Source: Auanema rhodensis (taxonomy: Eukaryota; Animalia; Nematoda). Taken from it: a stretch of DNA of 64,000 bases. Shown here piece after piece: positions 52,842-64,000 of this stretch. The translations under genes and the position numbers were made by a program. Numbering within the stretch: position 1 is the first letter of the stretch; the number at the start of each line of letters is the position of its first letter. The notes beneath the pieces are model-generated. The model worked only from the letters and a program-made list of their open reading frames with translations. It searched no databases and was not told the DNA's origin. The stretch lies in NCBI GenBank assembly GCA_964057225.1, contig OZ059896.1:10602001-10666000 (forward strand). Reading direction: 5' to 3'.

Positions 52842-55800
52842 ATGCGATTGCCAACTGTTTCATGGCTACCAATCGGCGCTTCAGCATCATCTACAACTTC
52901 TATATCCAGTCTTCTGATATTATTCTCTCTTTACATAGTTCCGTCAGTAGATGCTATTGTCTGTCAGGCCCCAGCACCAGTTGGTGGTAAGTATATCTCT
53001 ATTTAACAATATTTTTATTTATATAATTAATATTAGTTTCTAAATGTTATTTTTATATTTGAGTGTGTATGAGAGGTGTCTCCATGTGTCATCTCAGGCC
53101 TTCAATTGTTCCCATTGAATTGTCGTCGGGCTGGCTACTGCCAGCACCAGTCTTTCTCAAAATATCGTTTTGATTTCCTGCACTTACGTGTCCTACACAT
53201 TGTTAGAATTTCAACTTATTTCAAAATTTACTTCAACGATCTAGGAAGTATATTTTTCATATTTTGACAGATACTTATCATTTTAAGTATCTCAAAATAT
53301 AAGAGTATGAAGTATGTACTCAATTTAAAACTTGGAATTATGTTTCTCTTAGGTTAGAACGCTTGAAATTCATATCATGCTCTTGATCCGTTTCGCATCG
53401 TTCAAATGCTTTCTTTGTGTTCACAACTGTTCGTTTATGCCATCTCCGGACGTTTTGTTCTTTTCAATTAAGACGAATTTTCGTCCTAAGAACCTGATAA
53501 TTATTCGTGAGAAGGCTGCATTAAGCCAACATGTAATAATGAGCAAAGACGTTTCGGAAAGGGCTCGAAGGCTTACAGCTTCATATAAGCCTTCTGGATG
53601 ATGGGAGAGCATAAAACGAAAAATGAAATAAGAAAAGAAAAGGAGCGGGGACCTCCATGATGAATTAAAAATGGATGAAAAAGCATGCTTAATCGGCTAT
53701 CCGTTTGTGATCAATGTGAACTCACTGACCCCCGTAAAACCTAAAATGACAAAAGCGCTCTCGAGTTAATTTATTACATTGTCTTCAAGAGGTTTTGTTA
53801 GTTGCGATGTTGATATATTCCTTTTTGGTTTGTATGGTTCAGTTTTCTTCTGAGACACTGGCAGTAAGACTTATCTATCACTTCTAACAGCTATGATGAG
53901 ATCAATTCGAATTTCGAAAAACTAAAGACCATCTATTCAATCGAATTCATAAATTCTCAAACAGATTCTAATAAAGGAAACTGAATCCATTATATTCTGC
54001 CTGAATAACTAGTGTTGACCCGAGTATCCGTATGATCACAGTAATCCTGTCTCCACGTACTATATGTGGGAAAGTTCGATTCGTTTTAATAAAAATATTC
54101 GGAAAAGAGCGCATTTTACAGCGAAACGCCCAGTATATCTTATGTTCTCAATTGAGAAGAATTGAGCCGAGAAGAGCAACAGGTCGGAGGGATGATGAAA
54201 GGGAGAAATGGAAGAAGAGAAAGAGAGAGATAAGAAGTATGTGAAGGAATGAGAGAGAAAGAACAGAACAATGATGTAGAGAGAAGCAGAGGAGTATGGA
54301 TGAGAAATGCCAAGCAGAACGGATGTTAAGAAAGAGAAGAATAAGCAGTTAGAAAATGCACATACAATCAAGCTAAAAACACGAAAAAACTAGAACGAAA
54401 AACTGAGAAATTGAAGAAACACGTAGAATGTTTCTGGCCTGGGGGTGGGATGTAGAAGTATAATACAATTGAATGGTTTTCTCGAAGATATGTTAGCATT
54501 GAGATGCTTGAGAGTATTCGTGTTTAAATCCTTTATATACAAGTTTGCTCTATTTGGAAAATGCTCGTTAAAAGTATAGCAGGTTGTACATCGGTGCATT
54601 GGAACTCTCACATATCTTTGATAACCCACATGATTCAATTCTCTATAGCCCTTTTTCCGTTCCTTTTCAATTCTTTTTATTTTACTTCTCTCCTTCTTTA
54701 TATATCATATTGCTTTCTTATTTAGTAGGCACCTATTACTTCTGTGCAAGCTTGGCTTGAATTTTCTGCACCGGCTACCACCAAATAGCCTCTATTTTCT
54801 AAGTAAACAGAAAGCTGAACCATTGAAGAATAAGATTTAGTTGAATGATGATGATGAAGAAACATCAATTTCCGTTTGATCTATTAGTGAGGCCAAGAAG
54901 CCATTTCAATTAATATACTTCAAATTACCTTATTACATCAACATTTCTTTCTCACATCAAGAATTAATGAAATAATACGAGATGCTAATTTAAGAATTTT
55001 GATCGAACATTCTATCTTCTGAACGTATTGATGAATATATATATATATATATACTTGATTTTTAGTAATGGTACAACATTATGAAATTGAAGGAAAGAGA
55101 AAACGAAAATGATCATTTAAAAGGTTTTTAAATGGTTTTTCTCTTTTCTTCTCTCACTTTATGTCGTTATTCCATTCTAACAAGCAATTTCTTTCATTTA
55201 ATTAGACTCTTTTTCAAAAGTTTTGTGAATACAACCTCAGTGTAGGCATTATTTAAGAAATCATTCTTGTATTATCTTTAGTTTTCTTCAAATGAAGTCA
55301 ACATAGTACGCATACGTTGGAATAGGCACTAACCAATAGAATAACGATGAAACAAGAGAAGAAGAAAAAAAGAGAAAGAGGGTTTTGCGGACGTCATAGC
55401 GGGGAAAGAGAAACCTGATGAGAAGCCCGGAGGCGCATATTCACACTTAGCCTTTTTTGAGACGGAAAACAGAAAAATAATGTAAAATACAATTTTGAAT
55501 GTTTTCTTTCTTACCTCGTCTTCCGTTTCTTTCAATTGCATCGTCTACTTTCGTATATCAGATCGGCGTGAAAATCGTTTCGTTGTCACTTTGTCTATTG
55601 TTTCTTTTCTGTTTTCTTTCCTATAAACAATCATGAAACAAGGAAAGACTGCAGGAATAGTAAACGAAGCAAGAGAATTGTTAAAGCAAGCTTCTGAGAT
55701 GTTTTGAAATTAATTTAAATAAATGGAACAAAGAAATTTTATATATAAACTACAAACTATATATATTATAGATATATTTAGTATAGTAAAAAATATATAA

Positions 55801-56397
55801 AAATAATTTTCTAATTTCAGGTATTATGCGCAATAAGACATGTCCAGATTTTAAAGCTGATCCAAGTTTTACGTATTGTTGTACTTCAAAATTACCAATA
55901 ACAAATATTGTTTATAAAGGTAAATTTAAAATATTTTATAAAATAAGAATATAAATATGAATATGAAAGAAGAAAGATGTTTCTTTAATATATTTTTGTT
56001 GTTTCAAACTTTAGATTTCAATTTTGTTCATGATGTTTTCCCAATTCTTGTTCTTCACATACATATTTATGTGAATTTCAATACTTTTACAATCTATATT
56101 CCTTTTTTTTCATCTCAAAAAATCTTTTCTTTGCTTTAGAAAGAAAACAATTCATTATCTTCCGCATGTTTCTCTCTGTCGTATTTTCTGTAAATACAAT
56201 AGGACTATATGCATATTAAGTATTATTTTGAACAAATCAAAATATATTTGAAGCATTTAGAGAAAAAGTTTTTAATATAAATCGTATTTACCATAAGTTT
56301 TCTTAGATCGACATGGTGTCTTCTGTTGTTCCGAGCAAGATTTTCTGCAAGAGCAGCAAGAAATCGCTGATGCTGAACTCAGGCGTTTTATAAAGAA
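52842..56397 (+). CDS. Shisa-like / six-cysteine (C-C-CC-CC) single-pass protein; 5' exons only (partial)
   Basis: Exons 52842-52986, 55821-55919, 56307-56397 join in phase: signal peptide ...LLILFSLYIVPSVDA, then IVCQAPAPVGGIMRNKTCPDFKADPSFTYCCTSKLPITNIVYKDRHGVFCCSEQDF...ELRRFIK. No phase-compatible TM exon was found before 64000. Confidence 0.75.
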
Positions 56398-56538
56398 GTA
56401 CGTTGGTTTTTATTAATTTTCATAGGGTATTTTGCTTGCCAAAGTATAATTTCTACACAAATAGTGCTGTCATTCATTTATTTTGTGATTATATTCATAT
56501 TTATACAATTACAAGAATACCTTTTCATTGAAATATAG

Positions 56539-56586
<48 letters not shown>

Positions 56587-57363
56587 TAATAATTTCTCGA
56601 TCTAAATTCTGTTTACCTACATTTTCTATTTTGAGAATATATCATGCCAACTGTGTATACATGATTTCTCTCTCTCTCTATATCTTTTTTTTTCACAACT
56701 CTAATGGAGGAAGATAGAGAGAGGAAAAAATAAGAAATTTTCTCCTCATTCTCTCTCTCCCCTCCCCCCCCCTCCTCGTCCTCCCTTATTTTTATACTCT
56801 CACTCTCTCATTCTCTCACATCTCAGTACTATTTAGATTTTGAAAAGTTTGTTACCAAAAAAGTATGTATAATATAAACATTCAAAAGAATTATGGCATT
56901 TATGGACTATGAGCAAGCACAAAGACCCTTCGTAAACTATACATCATCTTAGAAAGTCTTTCAATTTCAAGACGAACCAAGTTAAATACTTAAGTAGCAT
57001 TATGCGTATTGGAATGGTAAAAAGAAAAACGAAGAGAAAGAAAACTTATTCTAATTAGAACTTCGTTTTAATAGCTTAGTCTACTCATTAGGATATTGGT
57101 TTCCTTTTACTTGAGTTCGACTTCATGCTTCATTATCTTCTTTTCTCTCATTTTCTTAAAAGGGAATAAGAGAGTTTCGAAAAGAAAAAAAATCATAAAA
57201 CTCTCTTATAGATCAAACGTTAATGATACTGTCCTTTTAACTATATATTGTTTCATATACATATGTACATCTTATTAAGAAGGAAAGGAAACAAATCTTT
57301 ACGTCTCTATTCAATGTTCAGAAGTGTTAGCTCATGTACAATCTTCTAACACTCATTTAGCTT

Positions 57364-57444
<81 letters not shown>

Positions 57445-57445
57445 T
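57364..57445. repeat. (CT)n microsatellite
   Basis: Seen directly; another near 57876-57975. (TA)n tracts near 25390-25425 and 56540-56577. Confidence 0.9.
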
Positions 57446-57894
57446 CCTCTTTTTCTCTGTTTCTCTTGCGCTTTTGCTCATAGTTTTCATTACTCTTCGT
57501 TAGATTTCTTAGTTATTTCCATACATGCTAGAGCAACTAATGCTTTTGCTTTATTTCTCTTTTACATCAAAATCATGACTATCAAAACAAATAAGAAATA
57601 AATATATAACATACAAAGTGATATACAGGATACATTATTAGAAAATCAAACAAATGATTTTTTCTGTTAATAATCTTTGTTCTATTCAAGTATACATGTT
57701 CAACATGATCTTAAGACCAATATTGAGAAAATGAAATCTATTACTGATCTCTCCGTGAGAACTTGTTGATATGATTATTCCAAAGAATGATCTTTTGAAT
57801 CTGGAGATACTTCACGTCAGATCAAACTCACTGATCATTACATTGACTGTTAAGTAGAACCTTGAAGGTTTTCCCTCTCTCTCTCCTATTGTCG

Positions 57895-57958
<64 letters not shown>

Positions 57959-60900
57959 TTCTCTCTCTCTCCTTCTCTCCCAATCGTTTGGCTAGCTATT
58001 TTTCTCAATTTTTTGTAAAGATGTTATATGTATGTATATGTGGTGTGTGTATAGGCTGTTGCTTTATCTTTCTCCACTTTCTCTCACTCTTTCTTCCTTG
58101 CTCCACTCTCTCTCCCTCTCTCTCTTTCGTCTCTGTGTGTATAGTGTGTATGTGTGCTCCAACATAGCGACATAATGATCCACAGAAAGCAGTAGAGCAC
58201 AAGAGACTTGTCGTAGCAGCTGCAGTTGATTCTGGAGAAGCTGCGAGGGGACTTCCCAGATTTCACGGAATTCACATGATTGATCAAACTCCCAATATAC
58301 ACATATATATTTATATTTATATATGTGTGTATAAATAACTATATATGCCAATATATATATTTTTGCTTTCGAATTTGTCGGTTTAGGATTTCAATTTCGT
58401 ATTCGAAGAATTAAGCAGAGGATATTTAGTAGATGTATTTGAAAAAGTTATGAAAGTAATCGATTGAATTTGTATTTGTCATGCCTGATTATACAAAGCA
58501 ATCATTGATCAAGAAAAAAATTGTGGAAAACCATCAGGTGTTCCCCATTTTGTTTGACTAATATGATTATAAATCTTGCACTTCAGGTGTCTATGTTGAC
58601 TGTTATTACTTTCATTTTCAAATAAAATTCATCGTCAATATACATCAAATACTACTATTAATGCTCATATTCCATGAAAACTGTATTTTTAAGCTTATAA
58701 GCTTATTTCCTATATTGTCATGCTCGAAAAAGCTTTTCTTGTTTACCCTCATTTTGGTTTTTCTTACCTTATTGCTATTTTTGCTAGGTGAAAAACTTAA
58801 ACACATAACAAAAAACGTGAAACTGATGAAAAAAAAGTATTTCTGAGCATAAATTGCAACACGAAAAGCTTCTACATCACTGAACCGATTGTCGGACGTT
58901 GTCTAGTTTGAGACTTCCAAACGATAGAAAGCATAGACCACTTTGCAAACATGACCATGGGGATTTTCCATTGAGAAGTAGTATCTCTAACAAGCAGTTC
59001 TTCAAAAAATTCAATGTAATTTGTTCTTCAACCCATCAATTCATGAATAAGGATTATTCCTATTCCTAAACCATAGAGAAAGATTCATTTTCATGTACTT
59101 CCTTTATTCTTCCTGAGGGTTAAAGAAGTAATCTTAGAACTTTTCTTTCGGTGTTTAAAACATGGAAAAGTTTTTTTTTGAAGACGAGAATACTTGAGCA
59201 ATAGTGAGCTAAAACATACAATGCATATCAGTTTTTAATAACAAACTATTTATCCCATCAAGTTTGTTGCATATAAACTTTTATGAAAAATATTATAATT
59301 TTATTGAAATTTTTTATATATATATATATATCAATATACGTGATTGCCACTAATATTTTCAAGCAATCTTTATGAGAAAAATTCAAATCAAATGAAGCAT
59401 GAGAAGTTGCACTTTTGAACCACCACCATTGCATTAAATCTAGGGTATGGGTATGAGATCCTTAAACGATGATCACATCATCAAACCGGCAAAGAAATTC
59501 TATAGATCTCTAAATCGAATGAGTGACATGTGATTTATTCTTTGTTTCCGCTTATTCAATTTAAGAAACTTTTGAAAACCAAGTAATTTCCAACAGTCAA
59601 TTCAAATCTGTTCAAACTCATCTACATGCATGCATGAACATGGTAGCTAAATTGGTAATCTAACTGACATTATGAAATGAATCATAATCGAACTCTCATA
59701 ATCAAATACAGAATAAGTTTTCTCTAGTTTTCACCAATATTCTCTGAGTTAGCAGCTATTGTTCAGGGTTGAAATGTTAAATTCAATCGTGGAATAAGAC
59801 GCTTCTCTGATAGTAAGCTGAAAAAAGAAGGAAAGAAATACAACACTCTCTTTTCTCCTGGGGTTAGGCAGTTTGGCATCTTCCTACTTGCTATGAAAGC
59901 CCATCTCGTTATGTTTCTCCCTTCTCGTGATTCTTCCTTTTTATTTCTTCGATAAAAGTCTGAAAAACATAAATGCTTTCTACGTTTCTCTATGATATGA
60001 TCAAATTTATCTAATAGAATAGGATCTTTCTAGAGATTCATTGAAGCATTGATGATAAATTCTTTGAAACTTAACATGACTTTGAAAGTACAGGTTATCT
60101 GCTTGTATTCATCTGAATTAAAATCTATTCCTAATGTCTAATTGGGAATCATTTAATCTATAATCTTCAGTTCTTTATACTTTCTGTTAGAGTCAACTTC
60201 GTTGACTCGTGTAGTAGTTATTCTGTAATCGTCGTCGAGAAGTCCGAGTAATTGGATTCGCCTGTTCCGTTGTCCTTTCGACTTCAGATGAGCCGTGACG
60301 GGCTAAAGATGAGACCCATGAGGCTTGTCTGTCTGTCTCTCTAACTAGTTCGACTTCTTGATTCTTTCTTCACTCCTTATTCTTATTCATTCAAATACTC
60401 AAAGTCATGACAACATGATTCACCCATTGGAGTTCACGTGGACTAATGCCATAATAAGCATTTCATATGCATGAAACGGGTCGAATAGATCGAAACATTA
60501 AAGCCATGTGAACCTTTAATGTCAATTTATAGTTGAATCTTTAGAAGAAGTTAAGAAAGTTTTTGCGAGCGTTCATTTCCAATGCAACCGCTTATTCTTT
60601 TTCGGATTCAATCAATAAACAATGCACTAGCCGTTTCACATTCCTCCCACGTGGTAGAGTGCTATCAACGCTTCGACTTTAAGTAAAAATTCTTCAGCAC
60701 AATAGTTGAAAAAAGAAAATTATTCTAAGCAAATTATGTTATTATAAATATAATAATAAATTCACGATTCTCTATATAAACAGGCATAACATCCTAATAT
60801 AATCTGCTTCAATGCCTAAAAAACCAAAGCGTAAAGCTGTAAAGACGTCTTCAAACGTTCACAGATGCAGTATATTTCATTTTACATGCAAGAAAAATGC

Positions 60901-63900
60901 TAAGCTAAGATATAATAGACACTAATCTAACAGCTAATCAACAATTTTACTAAAAATATTGAAAATACTTACCGTGCGTAGCAGGAAACACCTGAAGCAT
61001 TCTGAACATTTTGCTTTCGACTTCAATCTTATATAATGATTTAGAAATTTTTAATTGTTTTATACAAATTTATTTTTAATGTATAACTATATGATTATGT
61101 TAAGCTTTTAATATAGAGAACATTGGAATATACAATAGACTAGTTTAGGTTGAAAACAAAAGATGAACTGATTCTTTTGAACTTATAGAGATCATTTTTA
61201 AAATTTTCTTTCAAAGGGTTAATATCTATTTGAACTCGTGGGGTCGATTAATATTCTGCTCTATTTCTCGGGCATTCAAGATGAGTATAACTGAGAAATA
61301 GCCAACACAATTTCGGCATGACAAATTTTGTCTGATCTATCTCAGACTTGTGCTCATTCTGATGATAATATTAGCGATGTGCGAACCTCTACACACATTA
61401 TCTCATATTTTATTGAAAATTCGTTCGAAATATAGTTGGGAACATAGTTCATGTTAAGTCAAATCACTTTGAATTGCTGAATGTTTTTGACATTTTTGGT
61501 CTCGTTTCATGCACCCACTACGACATCCGGTCGTGTCAATTTCGCTTGGGGTTTCATTATTTAAAGGATGATGATGATTGTGTTGTTTTTTATGACAACA
61601 GGAAAAAATAGCTTTTTTCTTTTCAAAAAAAGAAAGACAGAAAAAGAAAACAGGATAAAAAGACAAACTACATGTATAATCTATAGAAATAATTTTTCAA
61701 TAATTAGACATAAGCTTCACATTGGCCCCCAAATATATTTTTCAATACAGGAAAAACCATCAGTGTATTAATGGATTTTCCTTCAAACATACATCATATT
61801 CATAGATGAAATTACATTTTTTCAATAAAATAACATAAATCTCACAATTCTTATATAATAGTGATAGATTACTATGTGATCTACACATATACATATATGT
61901 ATTTGAGTTTTTTTTTCTCATCTTCACATATTTCCTTCGTTAGCTTCTTCTTTTTCATTTCATATCGTTGTCAGAAATTGAGCCGGAGCAATCGACAATG
62001 TACTTTACGAAGTTCAGGAACAACAAAACTGGTCAAAATTTTAGCTTTAGGGCATTTTGAGATAATGAAGCTATTGACCGTATAATAATGAGAGCAGATA
62101 AATTAACTTAATAACTTTTTTATGTTTTTCATTTGTTTCTAAAAAGAGTAATAGTAAGAATAATATAATCGTATATATTATAAAAATAATATTTAGAAAT
62201 ATGATTTTTCATTTGAAAAATCATTTTTTGACTCTTTTTACATATGAAAGCTTGCCAACAATTCTAGTAGTACCGACATAAGTTGCTAATATTTTATTCA
62301 TTAAAATAGCTTTAATAAGCCACAATAAACGGTTTTTGTGCTCAATGGGATATTGCATTGCCGTCATTATCGTGGCTCTCGCAATACATTCATACATACA
62401 TACACAGTCAACGAAAGTACGTATGAATGGCAGAATAATTCTATCTTAACATACAAGGGATGTAATCCATGTTATTTCCGTTAAGAACAAAAACATTATG
62501 TTAGTTAATGAAGATTTTTCAATTTTATACAAATATACTTAGATATATATCTAAATATTTCTAAATATATAGATATATATATATGTATTTGTATTGTATA
62601 ATATATAGTATTTATAGTATATATAGTATATATTTTTATATTTTCATATAGAAATATAGAGATATATGTGTGTGAAATCGTACAGAATTGTATACACATA
62701 GTGTATATTTCAATTTGAATATAGCATATTCAGTTGTAAATTGGTTTATTTTTTCTATTTTTTTTCATTAATTCCAGATAACATTCCAGATAACAGTTTT
62801 GTATTCTTTATTCAAATAATGACCACTGCAGCACATTTTTGGAAATTTTCTTGTTTGTTTTCGGACACCCAATACATGAAAGGAAACGAAAATAAGATAA
62901 CAACAAACCAAAAGAGTTCGTAAAAAGTGGAGAGATTATATTTCATTTTCCTTTTTATTACTAATTTAGTCTGAGATTCAGTTAAGTCTAGTTTTTATAA
63001 TATTTAAGTTTACTTACTTACGTATGGAGGGAGGGAAAGGGGACGAAAGGGAAGCGTGAAAGCAATATTTCATTAAGAATTTTTAGTTCATATATGGAAT
63101 AATATTCATATATAATGTTACTTTTCTTTTAACATCTAATAATACATAGCAGTTATTAATCATTGGACATCTTACATTTGAAACATTCGCATACTTTGAC
63201 CTAAGAAAGCCTAATAAGATTAAATTCTATAAGCAAAAGTATGCGGACCAAAGTTTTTATAAAATAAAAATCCTAATATTATATAAAATTAGAATATTTT
63301 ATAAAGTATTCTTCTTATTCTTTTTTTATTTTAGTTTATAATTGTAATTGTTTCAAACATTTTTATCAAGCATTATTCAATAATCAAGTTTTAAGTTTTG
63401 CAAAGTGAGTCAGCAGCATAATGAATGCTCAAAGAATATGGGAAAGCAAAGAGAGAAAGAGAAAACTCTAGCCAGTAACTAAAATAATTAAATAGTATGG
63501 AGTTGAAATGACAGCGAACGATACTCATAGATATATCTGCAATTGACATAAAGTTTTTTTTAGATAAAACTCGAGAGAACTTTATGATCACAAACCTTTG
63601 TAATCATTTTGTTTCTCATTTCATTTAATTATCTTGTTGGATATATCTGCTAAAATGAATCAGCAAATTTGCAGAGCTTCAACTTCCCTCCCAGTTTTCT
63701 TTTAACTCTATACATTTTAAAGAATAATGTATTTTTGGCTTTATTTAATTAGATGAAGCTGAGAGCAATGAGTAACTAACTGCCTAACACTCCCAGAGGA
63801 GACACGCTGAGTGTCATGAAGATCTGGTATACGATAGTATTCACACCGAAAGTGTTTTAATCACTCATACTGAAACCCAAGTAGTTTCCATGAATTTAAT

Positions 63901-64000
63901 TTATTTTTTTCTTCACTAAACTAGCAGATTTTAGTTCAACTCAATTTCCTGGAATCCAATAAAATAGGGGAACGAGCTCTCCATCTTATATAAATTTCTG

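Noticed and set aside
58170-58300. GC-rich open frame (KAVEHKRLVVAAAVDSG...) as the next Shisa-like exon
   Set aside because: Wrong phase for the preceding phase-2 donor (gives an immediate stop) and encodes no TM. The acceptor near 58586 fails likewise.
60190-60208. 8-bp hairpin GAGTCAAC-TTC-GTTGACTC
   Set aside because: Too short to support an RNA gene or Helitron end; expected by chance.
1-64000. tRNA, rRNA, SL RNA, CRISPR or prokaryotic systems
   Set aside because: No T-loop/cloverleaf, SL1 leader or repeat-spacer array seen by eye; the DNA is intron-rich and eukaryotic. An Infernal/tRNAscan run would be needed to exclude small RNAs.

Overview
AT-rich eukaryotic genomic DNA, most likely from a rhabditid (clade V-like) nematode: genes have many 45-60 nt introns, trans-splice-like acceptors sit just upstream of ATGs, and the proteins resemble C. 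elegans families. The species cannot be identified from sequence alone. All gene models were assembled by hand from splice sites and reading frames, and most ORF-track entries are exon fragments or noise. Left to right: a secreted Gln/Met/Gly-rich protein (-); an internally deleted mariner fossil directly upstream of a 76-aa neuropeptide-like precursor (+); kinesin-4 klp-12/KIF21 (+, 16 kb), with a probable nested antisense gene in its largest intron; a DUF229 protein lacking its predicted catalytic residues and atg-3 (-), divergent from cyclophilin cyn-12/PPIL1 and a secreted Tyr/Gln-His-RGG peptide gene (+); two probable three-gene operons from one ~320-bp bidirectional promoter (ccf-1 > ZNF593 > NT5DC on -, trap-4 > FAM210/DUF1279 > nft-1 on +); and the first three exons of a Shisa-like six-cysteine protein gene whose 3' part was not found in the window. 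No tRNA, rRNA, SL RNA or CRISPR array was recognised.
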